This document shows positions 1-10,404 of a stretch of 64,000 nucleotides of DNA, piece after piece (the first letter of the stretch is position 1; every line of letters starts with the position of its first letter). Source of the DNA: Phycisphaerales bacterium UBA7800 (GTDB lineage: Bacteria > Planctomycetota > Phycisphaerae > Phycisphaerales > Phycisphaeraceae); the NCBI GenBank assembly GCA_002480565.1, contig DLCK01000080.1, positions 8,192-72,191 on the forward strand. Direction: 5' to 3'. Under the pieces are notes generated by a model that was given only the letters and a program-made list of their open reading frames with translations, had not been told where the DNA came from and did no database searches. The position numbers and the translations under genes were made by a program.

Positions 1-335
1 AGTATCTTCAAGAGCACGCTTCCTGACCCAATCAAAATGAGTTGCTCCATTCTGTTGCCGCATGGTTGTATGACATGCGGTGACCTTTTTAATATGGACT
101 GATCACTTCTTTTTTTTCTTGAATTAATCCGCATCACAGCCGGCAGAATCAATTCAAACATCACAGCCGGACACATCTGCTTGAGAAACTGCTGTTGAGA
201 TTTGTCTTTGCAACTGACAGTGGTAAATCCCAATAGAACTAAGAGAGCCGATTGCGTGCAGCTTCCGCCAAGCTGTTTCATTCATGTGGATGAGAGTCTG
301 AAATTCAGAACCGCAGTGGCCGGGAGGGAAAGAGC

Positions 336-881
336 GTGACAACCGTAACGCTCCCAACCTGTATGTCCGAAACCCAGCACATGGCATCGACCCCGATGGC
401 ACAGTGGTATGTCCTGCATACCAAGGCCAGGCAGGAAAAAGCTCTTGCCCAATCACTCGATGCCATACAGGTTCGTTATTACCTTCCCATTATCGATCAG
501 ATGCGTATGCACGGTGGGCGTAAGACTCGTGTACATATGCCTCTGTTCCCAGGTTATCTCTTTTTGCATGGCAGTCGAGATGATGCTTTTGCATCGGATC
601 GAACCCGACGTGTGGCACAGATCATTGAAGTGCCTGATCAACAGGGACTGACCGAAGAACTCAACAATATTCGACTGGCGCTTTCCAGTACGCAACCCAT
701 GGACCCGTATCCCTACCTCAAGGCAGGTGTCCGTGTGGTAGTACGATCAGGCCCGTTACAGGGCATGACTGGTTATGTCGAAAGTCGCAGACAGTTAGAT
801 CGTCTGATCCTCAAGGTCGAAGTCTTGGGCCAGGCGTGCAGTCTCGAAGTGGATGGTGCGATACTTGACGTTTTGGATTAA
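336..881 (+). CDS. NusG-paralogue transcription antiterminator (RfaH/UpxY/LoaP-like)
   Basis: N-terminal NGN motif WYVLHTKARQEK...PLFPGYLF and C-terminal KOW GVRVVVRSGPLQGMTG. It is the first gene of a polysaccharide locus. GTG start with GGGAGGG upstream. Confidence 0.85.
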   Translation: MTTVTLPTCMSETQHMASTPMAQWYVLHTKARQEKALAQSLDAIQVRYYLPIIDQMRMHGGRKTRVHMPLFPGYLFLHGSRDDAFASDRTRRVAQIIEVPDQQGLTEELNNIRLALSSTQPMDPYPYLKAGVRVVVRSGPLQGMTGYVESRRQLDRLILKVEVLGQACSLEVDGAILDVLD

Positions 882-1116
882 CCGTGCAAACGCTAGATCC
901 AGAAAAGTTGATCACTCGCATCATGCCAACAACACACTGACAACAACGTCAGTGAGGGATTAAAAACGTATTGGCGATCACTGCGCTTATTTTTAGTGCA
1001 GTTGACGGAGGCGGAGCCCGCGCGTGAAGGCTTACCGTTAAGAAGTTTTGCAAAGGGCATGGGTGACGTCATAAGACAGACGCATCTGAGAGAGTTGTTG
1101 TTTAACAGGTAAGAAA

Positions 1117-2088
1117 ATGCTATCGAAAAAAACACCAATTTTAGTGACCGGTTCCCATCGTTCAGGCACAACCTGGATCGGAAGGACGATTTGTCAGCAT
1201 GCCAAGGTACGCTACATGCAGGAACCCTTTCACGTTGAGGTGCCCAGCAAGTTTTTGGGACTAAGCCTGGATACTTGGTTTACACATTACGAATCATCAC
1301 CACAACAGGCTGATATCCGTAAAGCCTTCGACATGATGTTTGCACAGAATCCGATCCAGTTTGCTGCCAGGCATTGTTCGACGGTGGGGTGGGATTACAA
1401 GACACCGATGCGATTTATCAAGTACGTCTACAGCGAGATGGTTAATCAACCACGCATCCTCGTAAAGGATCCAATCGCGTTACTCTCAGCGGACTGGATG
1501 CATGAAGCCTATCAATTTCAGATCGTCTGCATGATCCGCAATCCGTTGGGTTTTATTGGAAGCCTTAAAGCAGTGCAGTGGGACTTTGATTTTGAGCACC
1601 TGCGTCGGCAAGAGAACTTGATGAATGGCAAGTTACGTGCATTTGCAGAGCAGATCAAATTCATGTGTAAGCATCGTGACAAGACTGATTTTATCGACAG
1701 AACGACGCTGTTGTGGAACGTTTTACATCATGTCATATTCGATTATCAAAAGAAGTATCCGGATTGGTTGTATATCCGGCATGAGGATATTGCCAAGAAT
1801 CCCAATGAGGAATTCGCCAAGCTGTTTGACTACCTTGGACTGGAGATGACGCCTCATGTCAAGGCATACATCCAAGATAGTACTTCGTCTAAGAATCCCA
1901 AGGAGTCTTCAAGTGGTTACTACGTGCCACGGGATTCCAAAGAGGTGTTGTCAGTCTGGAAGAAACGCCTCACTGAGGAAGAAGTGCAGCGTATCAATGA
2001 TGCGACAGCAGAGATTTCCACGGTCTTTTATCCCAAGCAAACACCGTCCGTCAAGGCCTCTGCAACTGTTGAATCAGTGGGCGTGTGA
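1117..2088 (+). CDS. PAPS-dependent sulfotransferase
   Basis: 5'-PSB loop VTGSHRSGTTW, 3'-PB motif MIRNPLGFIGS, and IRHEDIAKNP...LFDYLGL typical of Sulfotransfer_1/3. Confidence 0.85.
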   Translation: MLSKKTPILVTGSHRSGTTWIGRTICQHAKVRYMQEPFHVEVPSKFLGLSLDTWFTHYESSPQQADIRKAFDMMFAQNPIQFAARHCSTVGWDYKTPMRFIKYVYSEMVNQPRILVKDPIALLSADWMHEAYQFQIVCMIRNPLGFIGSLKAVQWDFDFEHLRRQENLMNGKLRAFAEQIKFMCKHRDKTDFIDRTTLLWNVLHHVIFDYQKKYPDWLYIRHEDIAKNPNEEFAKLFDYLGLEMTPHVKAYIQDSTSSKNPKESSSGYYVPRDSKEVLSVWKKRLTEEEVQRINDATAEISTVFYPKQTPSVKASATVESVGV

Positions 2089-2144
2089 TGAAATTTATGA
2101 TGGTTGAACGCCAAGCGTTCCCGTAATCAATCTTTGGAAAATCT

Positions 2145-3524
2145 ATGGTATCCAAATCCTCAAAACCCCGTGTGCTGTTGATAGCTGAAGCAGCCAATCC
2201 TCGTTTTGTCAGCGTTCCGCTGGAGGGGTGGTCACACAGCCAAGCCATTTCGCGTGTAACCGATGCACATTTGGTAACCGCAGTTCGCAATCGCGATGCA
2301 TTTATCGAAGCAGGTCTGGTGGACGGCAGGGACTTTACCGCTCTTGACCCCAGCCGAATTGGCAAACCCTTGAGTAAACTCGGCTATGCATTAAGCGGTG
2401 GCAAGGGTAAGGGATGGACGACCATCATGGCCTTTAATGCAATCAAATATTACTATTTTGAAAGGCTGGTTTGGAAGCGATTTGCTGCAGATCTCAAGGC
2501 TGGACGTTATGACTTGGTTCACCGTATTACGCCGTTGAGTCCGACGGTTCCGAGCTTGCTTGCCAAGAAGTTGGCAAAGATCAACGTCCCCTTTGTAGCC
2601 GGACCACTTAATGGTGGATTGCCTTGGCCCAAGGGGTTCGATGCATCAAGACGCAAGGAACGCGAGTGGCTTAGTTACGTTCGTGATGCCTACAAGTTGC
2701 TGCCGGGATATCGCTCAATGCGCCGTCATACATCAGCGATGATTATCGGTTCGCGTGCAACGTATGAGCAGATGCCCAGCCGCTATCGCGATCGCTGTGT
2801 CTATATTCCTGAAAATGCCATCGATCCAAAACGTTTTAATCAATCTGTTGACCGCGTAGCCAAGTTGCCTTTACGCCTTGCATTTGTAGGTCGTTTGGTC
2901 CCGTATAAGGGGGCAGATATGCTTCTGCATGCCGCTGCGCCATTGATCCGGGAAGGTAAGGTCATTGTCGATTTGATTGGTGACGGGCCAATGAAACAGG
3001 AACTTGTCGACTTGGCCAAGGATCTGAAAATAACTGATGGTGTCATCATTGATGGCTGGGTTGAACATACCAAACTCCAGGATCGTCTATTGCTTTCAGA
3101 CGTATTTGCATTCCCCAGTATCCGTGAGTTTGGTGGGGCGGTGGTACTTGAAGCCATGGCTATAGGATTGGTACCTGTAGTGATGGATTATGGTGGTCCT
3201 GGTGAGTTGGTCAGCCCTGAGACGGGGTATGCGATTCCGATGGGTAATCGTCAGGAAATTATCACGCGCGTTGCCAAATCATTAGAAGAGTTAACAGCTG
3301 ATCCTGCGAACCTGCGAAAGATGGGCGACAAGGCACGCCAGCGTGTTTTGCAGCATTTCACATGGGATGCCAAGGCTGCGATGGTCCTGAAGGTTTATCA
3401 GTGGGTCTTGGGGCAGCGCGATGACAAGCCGTCTTTTGGTATGCCACTTCCTGATGTGATGTCACAATCCCAAACAATGTCGCAAGCAACACAACCATCA
3501 GTTACGGTCGGCCCTTTGGCATAG
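2145..3524 (+). CDS. GT4 glycosyltransferase
   Basis: FVGRLVPYKG and FPSIREFGGAVVLEAMAIG (GT-B, EX7E). Confidence 0.85.
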   Translation: MVSKSSKPRVLLIAEAANPRFVSVPLEGWSHSQAISRVTDAHLVTAVRNRDAFIEAGLVDGRDFTALDPSRIGKPLSKLGYALSGGKGKGWTTIMAFNAIKYYYFERLVWKRFAADLKAGRYDLVHRITPLSPTVPSLLAKKLAKINVPFVAGPLNGGLPWPKGFDASRRKEREWLSYVRDAYKLLPGYRSMRRHTSAMIIGSRATYEQMPSRYRDRCVYIPENAIDPKRFNQSVDRVAKLPLRLAFVGRLVPYKGADMLLHAAAPLIREGKVIVDLIGDGPMKQELVDLAKDLKITDGVIIDGWVEHTKLQDRLLLSDVFAFPSIREFGGAVVLEAMAIGLVPVVMDYGGPGELVSPETGYAIPMGNRQEIITRVAKSLEELTADPANLRKMGDKARQRVLQHFTWDAKAAMVLKVYQWVLGQRDDKPSFGMPLPDVMSQSQTMSQATQPSVTVGPLA

Positions 3525-3595
3525 CTGTTGTTTTATACGTTAGGCCATGAACGAACAGTCCCAACTGAACCGCGATTAATCCGCAAGAACCATAC

Positions 3596-5071
3596 ATGAG
3601 TACCATCGACACAACTTCGCATCCCCAACCCATTACGCCGCAGTCAGGCCCTTCACTTAAGAGCCTGGCGATGCGAGGATCGTTCTGGTCAGTGGGTTCG
3701 CAAGTGGTCAACAACGGCATCCGGCTGGTTGGCAACATGGTTCTGACGCGCCTGTTGGTACCAGAGGCGTTTGGCTTGATGCTGCTTGTGGGTGTCTTTA
3801 CCGCAGGTTTGAAGATGTTCACTGATCTTGGGATCAACCAGAATATCGTACAAGCACATCGTGGTGACGATCCGGTTTTTCTGAATACGGCATGGACATT
3901 AAGTGTCTTGCGTGGTGTATTTCTCTGGCTCATTGCGTGTTTGTTCACCTGGCCGTATGCGATGTTTTACAACGAACCGCAATTGCTAATGCTGGTTCCG
4001 GCGGTGAGTTTTTCAGCGTTGATATCAGGATTTGCTTCAACACGCCTTGCGACACTTAACCGCAAACTGGCATTGGGGCGCGTGTGCTTGATTGAATTTC
4101 TCGCACAGGTGGCCAATCTGACTGCAACGGTGGGGTATGCACTGATTTGGCCCAATGTATGGGCGCTGGTAGCAGGTGCGATTGCATTTACCTCAACACG
4201 AACGCTACTAAGCCATTTTGCGATATCCGGCCACAAGGTTTGGTTTGCCTGGGATAAAGATGCAGTTAGCAGTCTTTTTCGTTTTGGACAGTGGATTTTT
4301 ATCAGCACGATTTTAACTTTCCTGGCACGACAGGCGGATAAAATTTTACTCGGCAAGCTCATCAGCAATGATCTGCTGGGTGTATACGGCATTGCATTAA
4401 CATGGGCGATTGTTCCAGCGGAAGTACTTGAACGTGTTGCCAACCAAGTGGCATTTCCCGTATTCAGTAAGCTCAAGACATCGCCTAAGGGATTGTCGTC
4501 CAGTGAGGCAGCACGTGTACGTCGACCGCTGTCGATTCTTGGTGGGATGATTGCCACAATGCTCATCGTGGGAGGGGATCACTTGATTCATTTCCTGTAC
4601 GACGACCGTTATGCCGAGGCCGGATGGATGTTGCAATTACTGGGCGTTGGGGTCTGGTTTCAAATGTTGGGCAACAGCTATTCGCCTGCCATCCTGGCTT
4701 TGGGTAACACCAAATGGCTTGCAGCAGGACATCTATCCAAGTTGCTTTCATTGTTGGTAGCTGTGCCGTTGGGATTTTATTATTACGGTATCGGTGGTGT
4801 ACTTTGTGGTGTCGCATTTTGTGAGATGGCTAAGTACAGCGTTTTTGCTTTTGCCATGTATCGTTACAAGTTGTCACAGATTCGTGACGATATCGGTTTT
4901 ACAGTATTTATCGCATTTAGTGTGGGTGTTTACTATCAGTTTAAAAACATGGTGGAATTACAGCCGCTGACCTTGGCCATTGCCAGTGTGCTTGTCACAT
5001 TGGTGTGTTGGTCGCCTTTTTCCATGTCCGTGGTACGGATGTTACGCAGAAAAAAAACTGCCTTGAAATAA
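3596..5071 (+). CDS. wzx: Wzx-type oligosaccharide flippase
   Basis: Multi-TM protein with LTRLLVPEAFGL, DLGINQNIVQ and QADKILLGKL...LGVYGIA, typical of polysaccharide biosynthesis flippases. Confidence 0.85.
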   Translation: MSTIDTTSHPQPITPQSGPSLKSLAMRGSFWSVGSQVVNNGIRLVGNMVLTRLLVPEAFGLMLLVGVFTAGLKMFTDLGINQNIVQAHRGDDPVFLNTAWTLSVLRGVFLWLIACLFTWPYAMFYNEPQLLMLVPAVSFSALISGFASTRLATLNRKLALGRVCLIEFLAQVANLTATVGYALIWPNVWALVAGAIAFTSTRTLLSHFAISGHKVWFAWDKDAVSSLFRFGQWIFISTILTFLARQADKILLGKLISNDLLGVYGIALTWAIVPAEVLERVANQVAFPVFSKLKTSPKGLSSSEAARVRRPLSILGGMIATMLIVGGDHLIHFLYDDRYAEAGWMLQLLGVGVWFQMLGNSYSPAILALGNTKWLAAGHLSKLLSLLVAVPLGFYYYGIGGVLCGVAFCEMAKYSVFAFAMYRYKLSQIRDDIGFTVFIAFSVGVYYQFKNMVELQPLTLAIASVLVTLVCWSPFSMSVVRMLRRKKTALK

Positions 5072-5086
5072 ACGGAGAAGAATGAC

Positions 5087-6484
5087 ATGATGCTATTGAC
5101 TCACATCGCAATGATGGGGTGGATACCTTTTATCCTAGGCCTGTTTCTGGTCTTGAAACCGCGACGGGCTGTGATGGTGGGTTTCATCATGGCCATGTTG
5201 TTTTTGCCAAACAACTCCTATCTGATCCCCAAGCTCATTGACTACACCAAGTTCACCGCAGCATCCATGGGTTTGCTCCTGGGGGCTTGTCTTTTTGACT
5301 GGAGGACAATTACCAATTTTCGCCCGCATTGGGTTGATCTGCCAGTGGTACTCTGGTGCATTGTGCCCTTTATCTCATCTATGGTTAATGATACTGGTTT
5401 ATATGACTATTACGGCTTTTATGATGGTATGTCCATTTCGCTGTACCAGACATTTGTATGGGGTGTTCCATACTTTCTGGGGCGTGTCTATATCACGGAT
5501 CATCAGGCAATGAAGGAGTTGACCATTGGTCTGGTTATCGCTGCCTTGGTCTATACGCCTTTGTGCTGGTTTGAAATACGTATGAGTCCCGTTTTGCATA
5601 ACTTGACTTATGGCTTTACACAGCACAGTTTCTTGCAGACACGCCGTGTAGGTGGTTGGCGACCGATGGTTTTTATGCAGCATGGTATCGCCCTGGGTAT
5701 GTTTATGGGTATGAGTGCTTTGACAGCCACATGGTTGTGGCGTTCTAAAAACATTAAAAAAATTGGTATTTTATCCATAGGAATGGTGGCACTATATTTA
5801 ATTTTTACAACGATAATGATTAAATCATTCTTTGCTATCGTACTGATGTTCACAGGTATTATTGGTTACTATTCTGTCAAGGTGCTGCGACATCCATTGC
5901 CATTATTAGTATTGATCGCAATAGTCCCGTTGTATCAGTTCGCCCGTGCTAGTGGTAGTTTTACAGGTGAATCATTAGTCAATGTTACAGAACATGTGTT
6001 TGGCGAAAACCGCAGCGGTTCATTGAAGTACCGATTAGATAACGAAGATATTATTATTGAGCATGCCGTTAGTGCCAAACCATGGTTGGGATGGGGTACG
6101 TGGGGTGACTATCTTGTAGATGACCATACTGTTCCTGACGGTATGTGGGTGATCGCCTTGGGTAAGTATGGCATCGTTGGGCTTACTGCTTTGACATTGA
6201 CTCTATTAACTGGCCCGACTTTGATGTTGCTTGGATTACATCGAAAGTATCTAAACTTGCCCGATGCCGCGCCAGCATTGATTCTTACGACGATGATGAT
6301 TTTGTATTCATATGACTGTTTGATGAACTCATTTCCCAGTGCTATTTTCGGTTTGATCTGTGGTGGAGTGGCATGTGTGGGGCGGTTGTATTGGATTCCT
6401 CAGCACAATAGACAAAGCTGGATTCAAATACTGACATGGCGTTTGTTACGTCGTAAACGTCAACTACCTGCGCAACGTCATTAA
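5087..6484 (+). CDS. Wzy/O-antigen ligase-like membrane polymerase
   Basis: About 10-12 TM segments, RPMVFMQHGIALG, and a periplasmic loop RSGSLKYRL...KPWLGWG. It directly follows wzx. Confidence 0.7.
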   Translation: MMLLTHIAMMGWIPFILGLFLVLKPRRAVMVGFIMAMLFLPNNSYLIPKLIDYTKFTAASMGLLLGACLFDWRTITNFRPHWVDLPVVLWCIVPFISSMVNDTGLYDYYGFYDGMSISLYQTFVWGVPYFLGRVYITDHQAMKELTIGLVIAALVYTPLCWFEIRMSPVLHNLTYGFTQHSFLQTRRVGGWRPMVFMQHGIALGMFMGMSALTATWLWRSKNIKKIGILSIGMVALYLIFTTIMIKSFFAIVLMFTGIIGYYSVKVLRHPLPLLVLIAIVPLYQFARASGSFTGESLVNVTEHVFGENRSGSLKYRLDNEDIIIEHAVSAKPWLGWGTWGDYLVDDHTVPDGMWVIALGKYGIVGLTALTLTLLTGPTLMLLGLHRKYLNLPDAAPALILTTMMILYSYDCLMNSFPSAIFGLICGGVACVGRLYWIPQHNRQSWIQILTWRLLRRKRQLPAQRH

Positions 6485-6510
6485 TTGTATTCAGGTGGTC
6501 GTAAGTCATT

Positions 6511-7488
6511 ATGATGATTGAGCAAACCGATATCCTGGTTGTTATTGTCAATTACCGCACGCCGGATTTGACCATTGATGCACTTGCATCATTGCATGTC
6601 GAACGCAAACACGTTCCTGATATGCAAGTATTGGTTACAAACGCGCCGGCTGGAGATGACTCACAGCAGCGTATCACGAATGCGATCAAGGCAAATGACT
6701 GGTCGAGTTGGGTGACTTTCAAACAACTTGAGCGAAACGGCGGGTTTGCCTATGGCAACAACGTCGGCATCGAACCTGCAATCAAGTCGGATAAGCCTCC
6801 CAAGTATGTTCTGTTACTTAATCCAGATACGATTGTTCGTGAAGGTGCCATTGCAACATTGCAAAATTTCCTGGATACACATCCGAATGTCGGAATGGTG
6901 GGCTCGCGTCTGGAAGACCCTGATGGTACAGCTCAAGCATCGGCATTCAGGTTTCCAGGCATTCTCAATGAATTAATCAGTGCGATGCGTTTAGGGTTCT
7001 TCGCTGGGTTGCTTAAAAACTATGTCCTTAATCCCCCTGTTCAAGACACCGCTCATCAAACTGATTGGGTTGCAGGCGCATCCGTCCTGGTGAGACGTGA
7101 AGTCTTTGAACAGATCGGAATGATGGATGAGGGTTTCTTTCTTTACTACGAAGAAGTTGAATTCTGTCTGCGAGCCAAACGAGCAGGTTGGACTTGCTGG
7201 TATGAGCCAGCAAGCCGTGTGGTTCATCTTGTTGGTGCTGCAAGTGGCATATCCGATACTCGTAAAAAAGCCCCGCGACGTCCAGCTTACTGGTTTGAAT
7301 CCAGGCGTCGATATTATCTTGGAAGTTTCGGGAAATTGACTGCTTTGTTGGCTGATACCTGTTGGATTCTGGGGTATTCGTGTTGGCGTATTCGTCGGGT
7401 GATTCAACGTAAGCCTGATCTTGATCCACCCTGTTTTTTACGGGACTTCATAAAGCACAGTGTCTTTGGAAAAGGTTTTGGCATATGA
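6511..7488 (+). CDS. GT2 glycosyltransferase
   Basis: VVIVNYRT, NGGFAYGNN, LLLNPDT, GFFLYYEEVEFCLR. Confidence 0.9.
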   Translation: MMIEQTDILVVIVNYRTPDLTIDALASLHVERKHVPDMQVLVTNAPAGDDSQQRITNAIKANDWSSWVTFKQLERNGGFAYGNNVGIEPAIKSDKPPKYVLLLNPDTIVREGAIATLQNFLDTHPNVGMVGSRLEDPDGTAQASAFRFPGILNELISAMRLGFFAGLLKNYVLNPPVQDTAHQTDWVAGASVLVRREVFEQIGMMDEGFFLYYEEVEFCLRAKRAGWTCWYEPASRVVHLVGAASGISDTRKKAPRRPAYWFESRRRYYLGSFGKLTALLADTCWILGYSCWRIRRVIQRKPDLDPPCFLRDFIKHSVFGKGFGI

Positions 7489-8027
7489 ACTGTGGACTCT
7501 GGGCACTAATTAAAGAAGACTGGATAGCCAACGGCAAAGATTGGACTAAACCCGGATTCCGCGCGGTTGCTGTGTATCGCTATGGCGTATGGCGAATGCG
7601 TATTAAACCTAAGTTTCTTCGAGCGCCATTCTCTATGTTGTATCGCATGTTGTACCGACGCGTGCGAAATGTTTACAGCATTGAATTGCCATATTCTGCG
7701 AGAGTTGGCCGGCGACTCATTATCGAGCATCAGGGAGCGATCGTTATACATGGCAATGCACAGCTTGGTGATGATTGTATCGTCAGGCAGGGCGTCACCA
7801 TCGGTAATCGTTACATGGATCGGCCCACTGAATCACCAGTACTGGGGGATCGTGTCAATATTGGAGCCGGTGCGAAATTGCTTGGTTTGATAAAAGTAGG
7901 TAACGATGCAACGATCGGGGCCAATGCCGTGGTGTTGCACGATGTAGATGCCAATACCGCAGTTGTGGGTATACCTGCCAAACCTATTGGAAATCACAAA
8001 CCACAACCTCAGGTGGTCTACACATGA
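7485..8027 (+). CDS. Serine-acetyltransferase-like (hexapeptide) O-acetyltransferase
   Basis: LbH repeats: IEHQGAIVIHGNAQLGDDCIVRQGVTIG...PVLGDRVNIGAGAKLLG...IGANAVV. WcaB/CysE-like. Confidence 0.85.
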   Translation: MNCGLWALIKEDWIANGKDWTKPGFRAVAVYRYGVWRMRIKPKFLRAPFSMLYRMLYRRVRNVYSIELPYSARVGRRLIIEHQGAIVIHGNAQLGDDCIVRQGVTIGNRYMDRPTESPVLGDRVNIGAGAKLLGLIKVGNDATIGANAVVLHDVDANTAVVGIPAKPIGNHKPQPQVVYT

Positions 8028-9073
8028 ATATGAATACAGCTTCAAATCCACAACACCCGACAACGATCGGCGTGGTGGTGATCGGTCGCAATGAAGGTGA
8101 CCGACTTAAACGTTGTCTCAACTCACTGGTGGATTCAGTGGACCTGATGGTCTATGTCGATTCAGGTTCGACAGATGACTCGGTGGTCTTTGCCAAATCC
8201 CTGGGCGTAGATGTCGTCGATTTGGATTTGAATAAGCCTTTTACCATGGCACGTGGACGTAATGAAGGTTTTGATCGTCTTATGGCAATCAAACCGGATG
8301 TGGATTATGTACAGTTTGTTGATGGTGACTGTGAAGTGGTTGAGGGTTGGATCAATATAGCTCGCCAAACTCTGGATGAAAATCCGAACTATGTTGCAGT
8401 CTCAGGACGTCGCAGTGAACGATATCCCGAAGCATCACTATATAACCGACTATGTGACATTGAATGGAATGGCCCAACTGGCATTGTGCCCAACAGCGGT
8501 GGCGATGTGATGATGCGAACCCAGCCATTTAAACAAGTTGGTGGATTCAACATTGCCATGATAGCAGGTGAAGAGGGAGAGTTGACTTTCCGGCTTCGTG
8601 AAAAGGGATGGCAGATATATCGTGTTGATACTCCGATGACAATGCATGATGCAGCGATGACACGTTTTGGTCAATGGTGGAAGCGGACGCTTCGTGCCGG
8701 CCATGCGTATGCCGACGGGATGGCAATGCATGGCAAAAGTTCTGAGCGTTACAACGTCCGCCCAGTGATTAGTTCTCTGGTGTGGGGATTGGGCATGCCG
8801 ATGTGCGCATTGATTTGTTTGATCGCATCATGGTTCTGGCTTCCTGCATTAATTGGGACAGCAATGGTTCTGTTGTTAACGATTGTGACTTGGTTGCGGA
8901 TTGTACGTGGTCTACGGGTTAAGTCGCGCAGCATTAGTGAATCCTTGCTCTTTTCTACCTTTTGCATGCTTGCAAAGTTGCCTCAGGCGTTGGGCGTGGC
9001 ATGGTTTTGCAGTAATCGTCTACGCGGTACACGTTCAGGATTGATTGAATACAAGACCGCCTCTGCATCGTGA
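8024..9073 (+). CDS. GT2 glycosyltransferase
   Basis: VVVIGRNEG, YVDSGSTD, QFVDGDC, IAGEEGELTFRL, with C-terminal TM helices. Confidence 0.88.
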   Translation: MNMNTASNPQHPTTIGVVVIGRNEGDRLKRCLNSLVDSVDLMVYVDSGSTDDSVVFAKSLGVDVVDLDLNKPFTMARGRNEGFDRLMAIKPDVDYVQFVDGDCEVVEGWINIARQTLDENPNYVAVSGRRSERYPEASLYNRLCDIEWNGPTGIVPNSGGDVMMRTQPFKQVGGFNIAMIAGEEGELTFRLREKGWQIYRVDTPMTMHDAAMTRFGQWWKRTLRAGHAYADGMAMHGKSSERYNVRPVISSLVWGLGMPMCALICLIASWFWLPALIGTAMVLLLTIVTWLRIVRGLRVKSRSISESLLFSTFCMLAKLPQALGVAWFCSNRLRGTRSGLIEYKTASAS

Positions 9074-9138
9074 TTTGGGAAGAGATACAAAATAATTACT
9101 GCCATAATCCGGCAGTTTTTGTCAGGAGAGACGCACTC

Positions 9139-10404
9139 GTGATCCATTATATGACCACCAACGGCATTGGTAATTCCTGGGTTGCCAACGAGCTTCACCA
9201 GCTTACGCGCCACAGGATTCCATTTAAACTTCATGCCATGCGTAGTCCTGGGGAGCACTTTCACGCATCACAATGGGCTTTAAATATGGATAAATCTACC
9301 AATGTGATTTATCCAGTAAACGTGTTGGCGTTATTGGTTTCCCTGATCATTGCGCCGCTGCGGTTTGGCTCATGTTTTTGGGGTGCATTGTTTAATGCCA
9401 TGTTCTCCAAACGTGAGTCCATGCGGGTGCGACTTGCTGGACTGTATCATTTTGCCGTCGCTTGTTATTGGGCACGACAACTCCAACATCAGCAGGTTAG
9501 TTTGATTCACAGTCAGTGGATTCACTCCGGTGGCACCATTGCTATGTATGCTGCTTGGCTGCTGGGCAAACCCTTTAGCTTTACTGGTCATGCTGCGGAT
9601 CTGTTTCGTGAACGTTGTGGTTTACAGGATAAAGTTGATCGTGCTGCGTTTATCGTCTGCATCTCTGAATTTCACAAAGACCTGTTTATGAAAATGGGCG
9701 CATCAGCGGATAAGCTTCATATTGTCCACTGTGGGATTGATGTGTCGCTTTTTACTCCCAAGCTTCAGAAAAAGACTGATGAAATTCCCCACATCATTTC
9801 GGCTGGACGGCTTGTTGATAAGAAGGGCTTTGAATATCTCATCGATGCCTGCGCCTTGCTGCGGGATCAGAATATCGAATTTAAATGCACAATCGCCGGT
9901 AGTGGCCCGTTGGAAGAGTCGCTTAAGCAACGCATAGCTGATAGAAAAATCCAGAACATTGTTACCGTAACTGGTAAGGCAATGAAGCAGGAAGAGATCC
10001 CTGCATTCATGAATGATGGTGACATCTATTGCCTGCCATGTGTATGGGCCAAGGATAATGACGTGGATGGTCTGCCACAGATGTTGATGGAAGCGATGGC
10101 GTGCGGTGTGCCGTGTATATCCACCAAACTTGTTGGTATTCCTGACCTGTTAATTCAGGGCAAAACGGGTTTGTTAGTTGAACCAAACGACACCAAGCAA
10201 TTAGCTGAAGCACTTAATGTCTTAATGCATGACAAGCCTTTGCAGCAGCAAATGACAGCCAACGGCCTGATACATGTTAAGAAGGAATTTGACCTTGATA
10301 CATGTTTGGAGCCATTGGTTTCACAATACCGGAACTTCCTGGGCAGCAAGTCCACCGAGATAACCAACAAGCCCCGAAGCACGGGAGCAAAGGTGGAATC
10401 ATGA
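9139..10404 (+). CDS. GT4 glycosyltransferase (WcaL-like)
   Basis: SFTGHAADLF, SAGRLVDKKG, DVDGLPQMLMEAMACG. Start moved from 9070 to GTG 9139 (AGGAG upstream); ATG 9151 is also possible. Confidence 0.85.
   Translation: MIHYMTTNGIGNSWVANELHQLTRHRIPFKLHAMRSPGEHFHASQWALNMDKSTNVIYPVNVLALLVSLIIAPLRFGSCFWGALFNAMFSKRESMRVRLAGLYHFAVACYWARQLQHQQVSLIHSQWIHSGGTIAMYAAWLLGKPFSFTGHAADLFRERCGLQDKVDRAAFIVCISEFHKDLFMKMGASADKLHIVHCGIDVSLFTPKLQKKTDEIPHIISAGRLVDKKGFEYLIDACALLRDQNIEFKCTIAGSGPLEESLKQRIADRKIQNIVTVTGKAMKQEEIPAFMNDGDIYCLPCVWAKDNDVDGLPQMLMEAMACGVPCISTKLVGIPDLLIQGKTGLLVEPNDTKQLAEALNVLMHDKPLQQQMTANGLIHVKKEFDLDTCLEPLVSQYRNFLGSKSTEITNKPRSTGAKVES

Noticed and set aside
1-1116. RfaH ops/JUMPstart element
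   Set aside because: No GGCGGTAG-type sequence was seen in the leader or first spacer.
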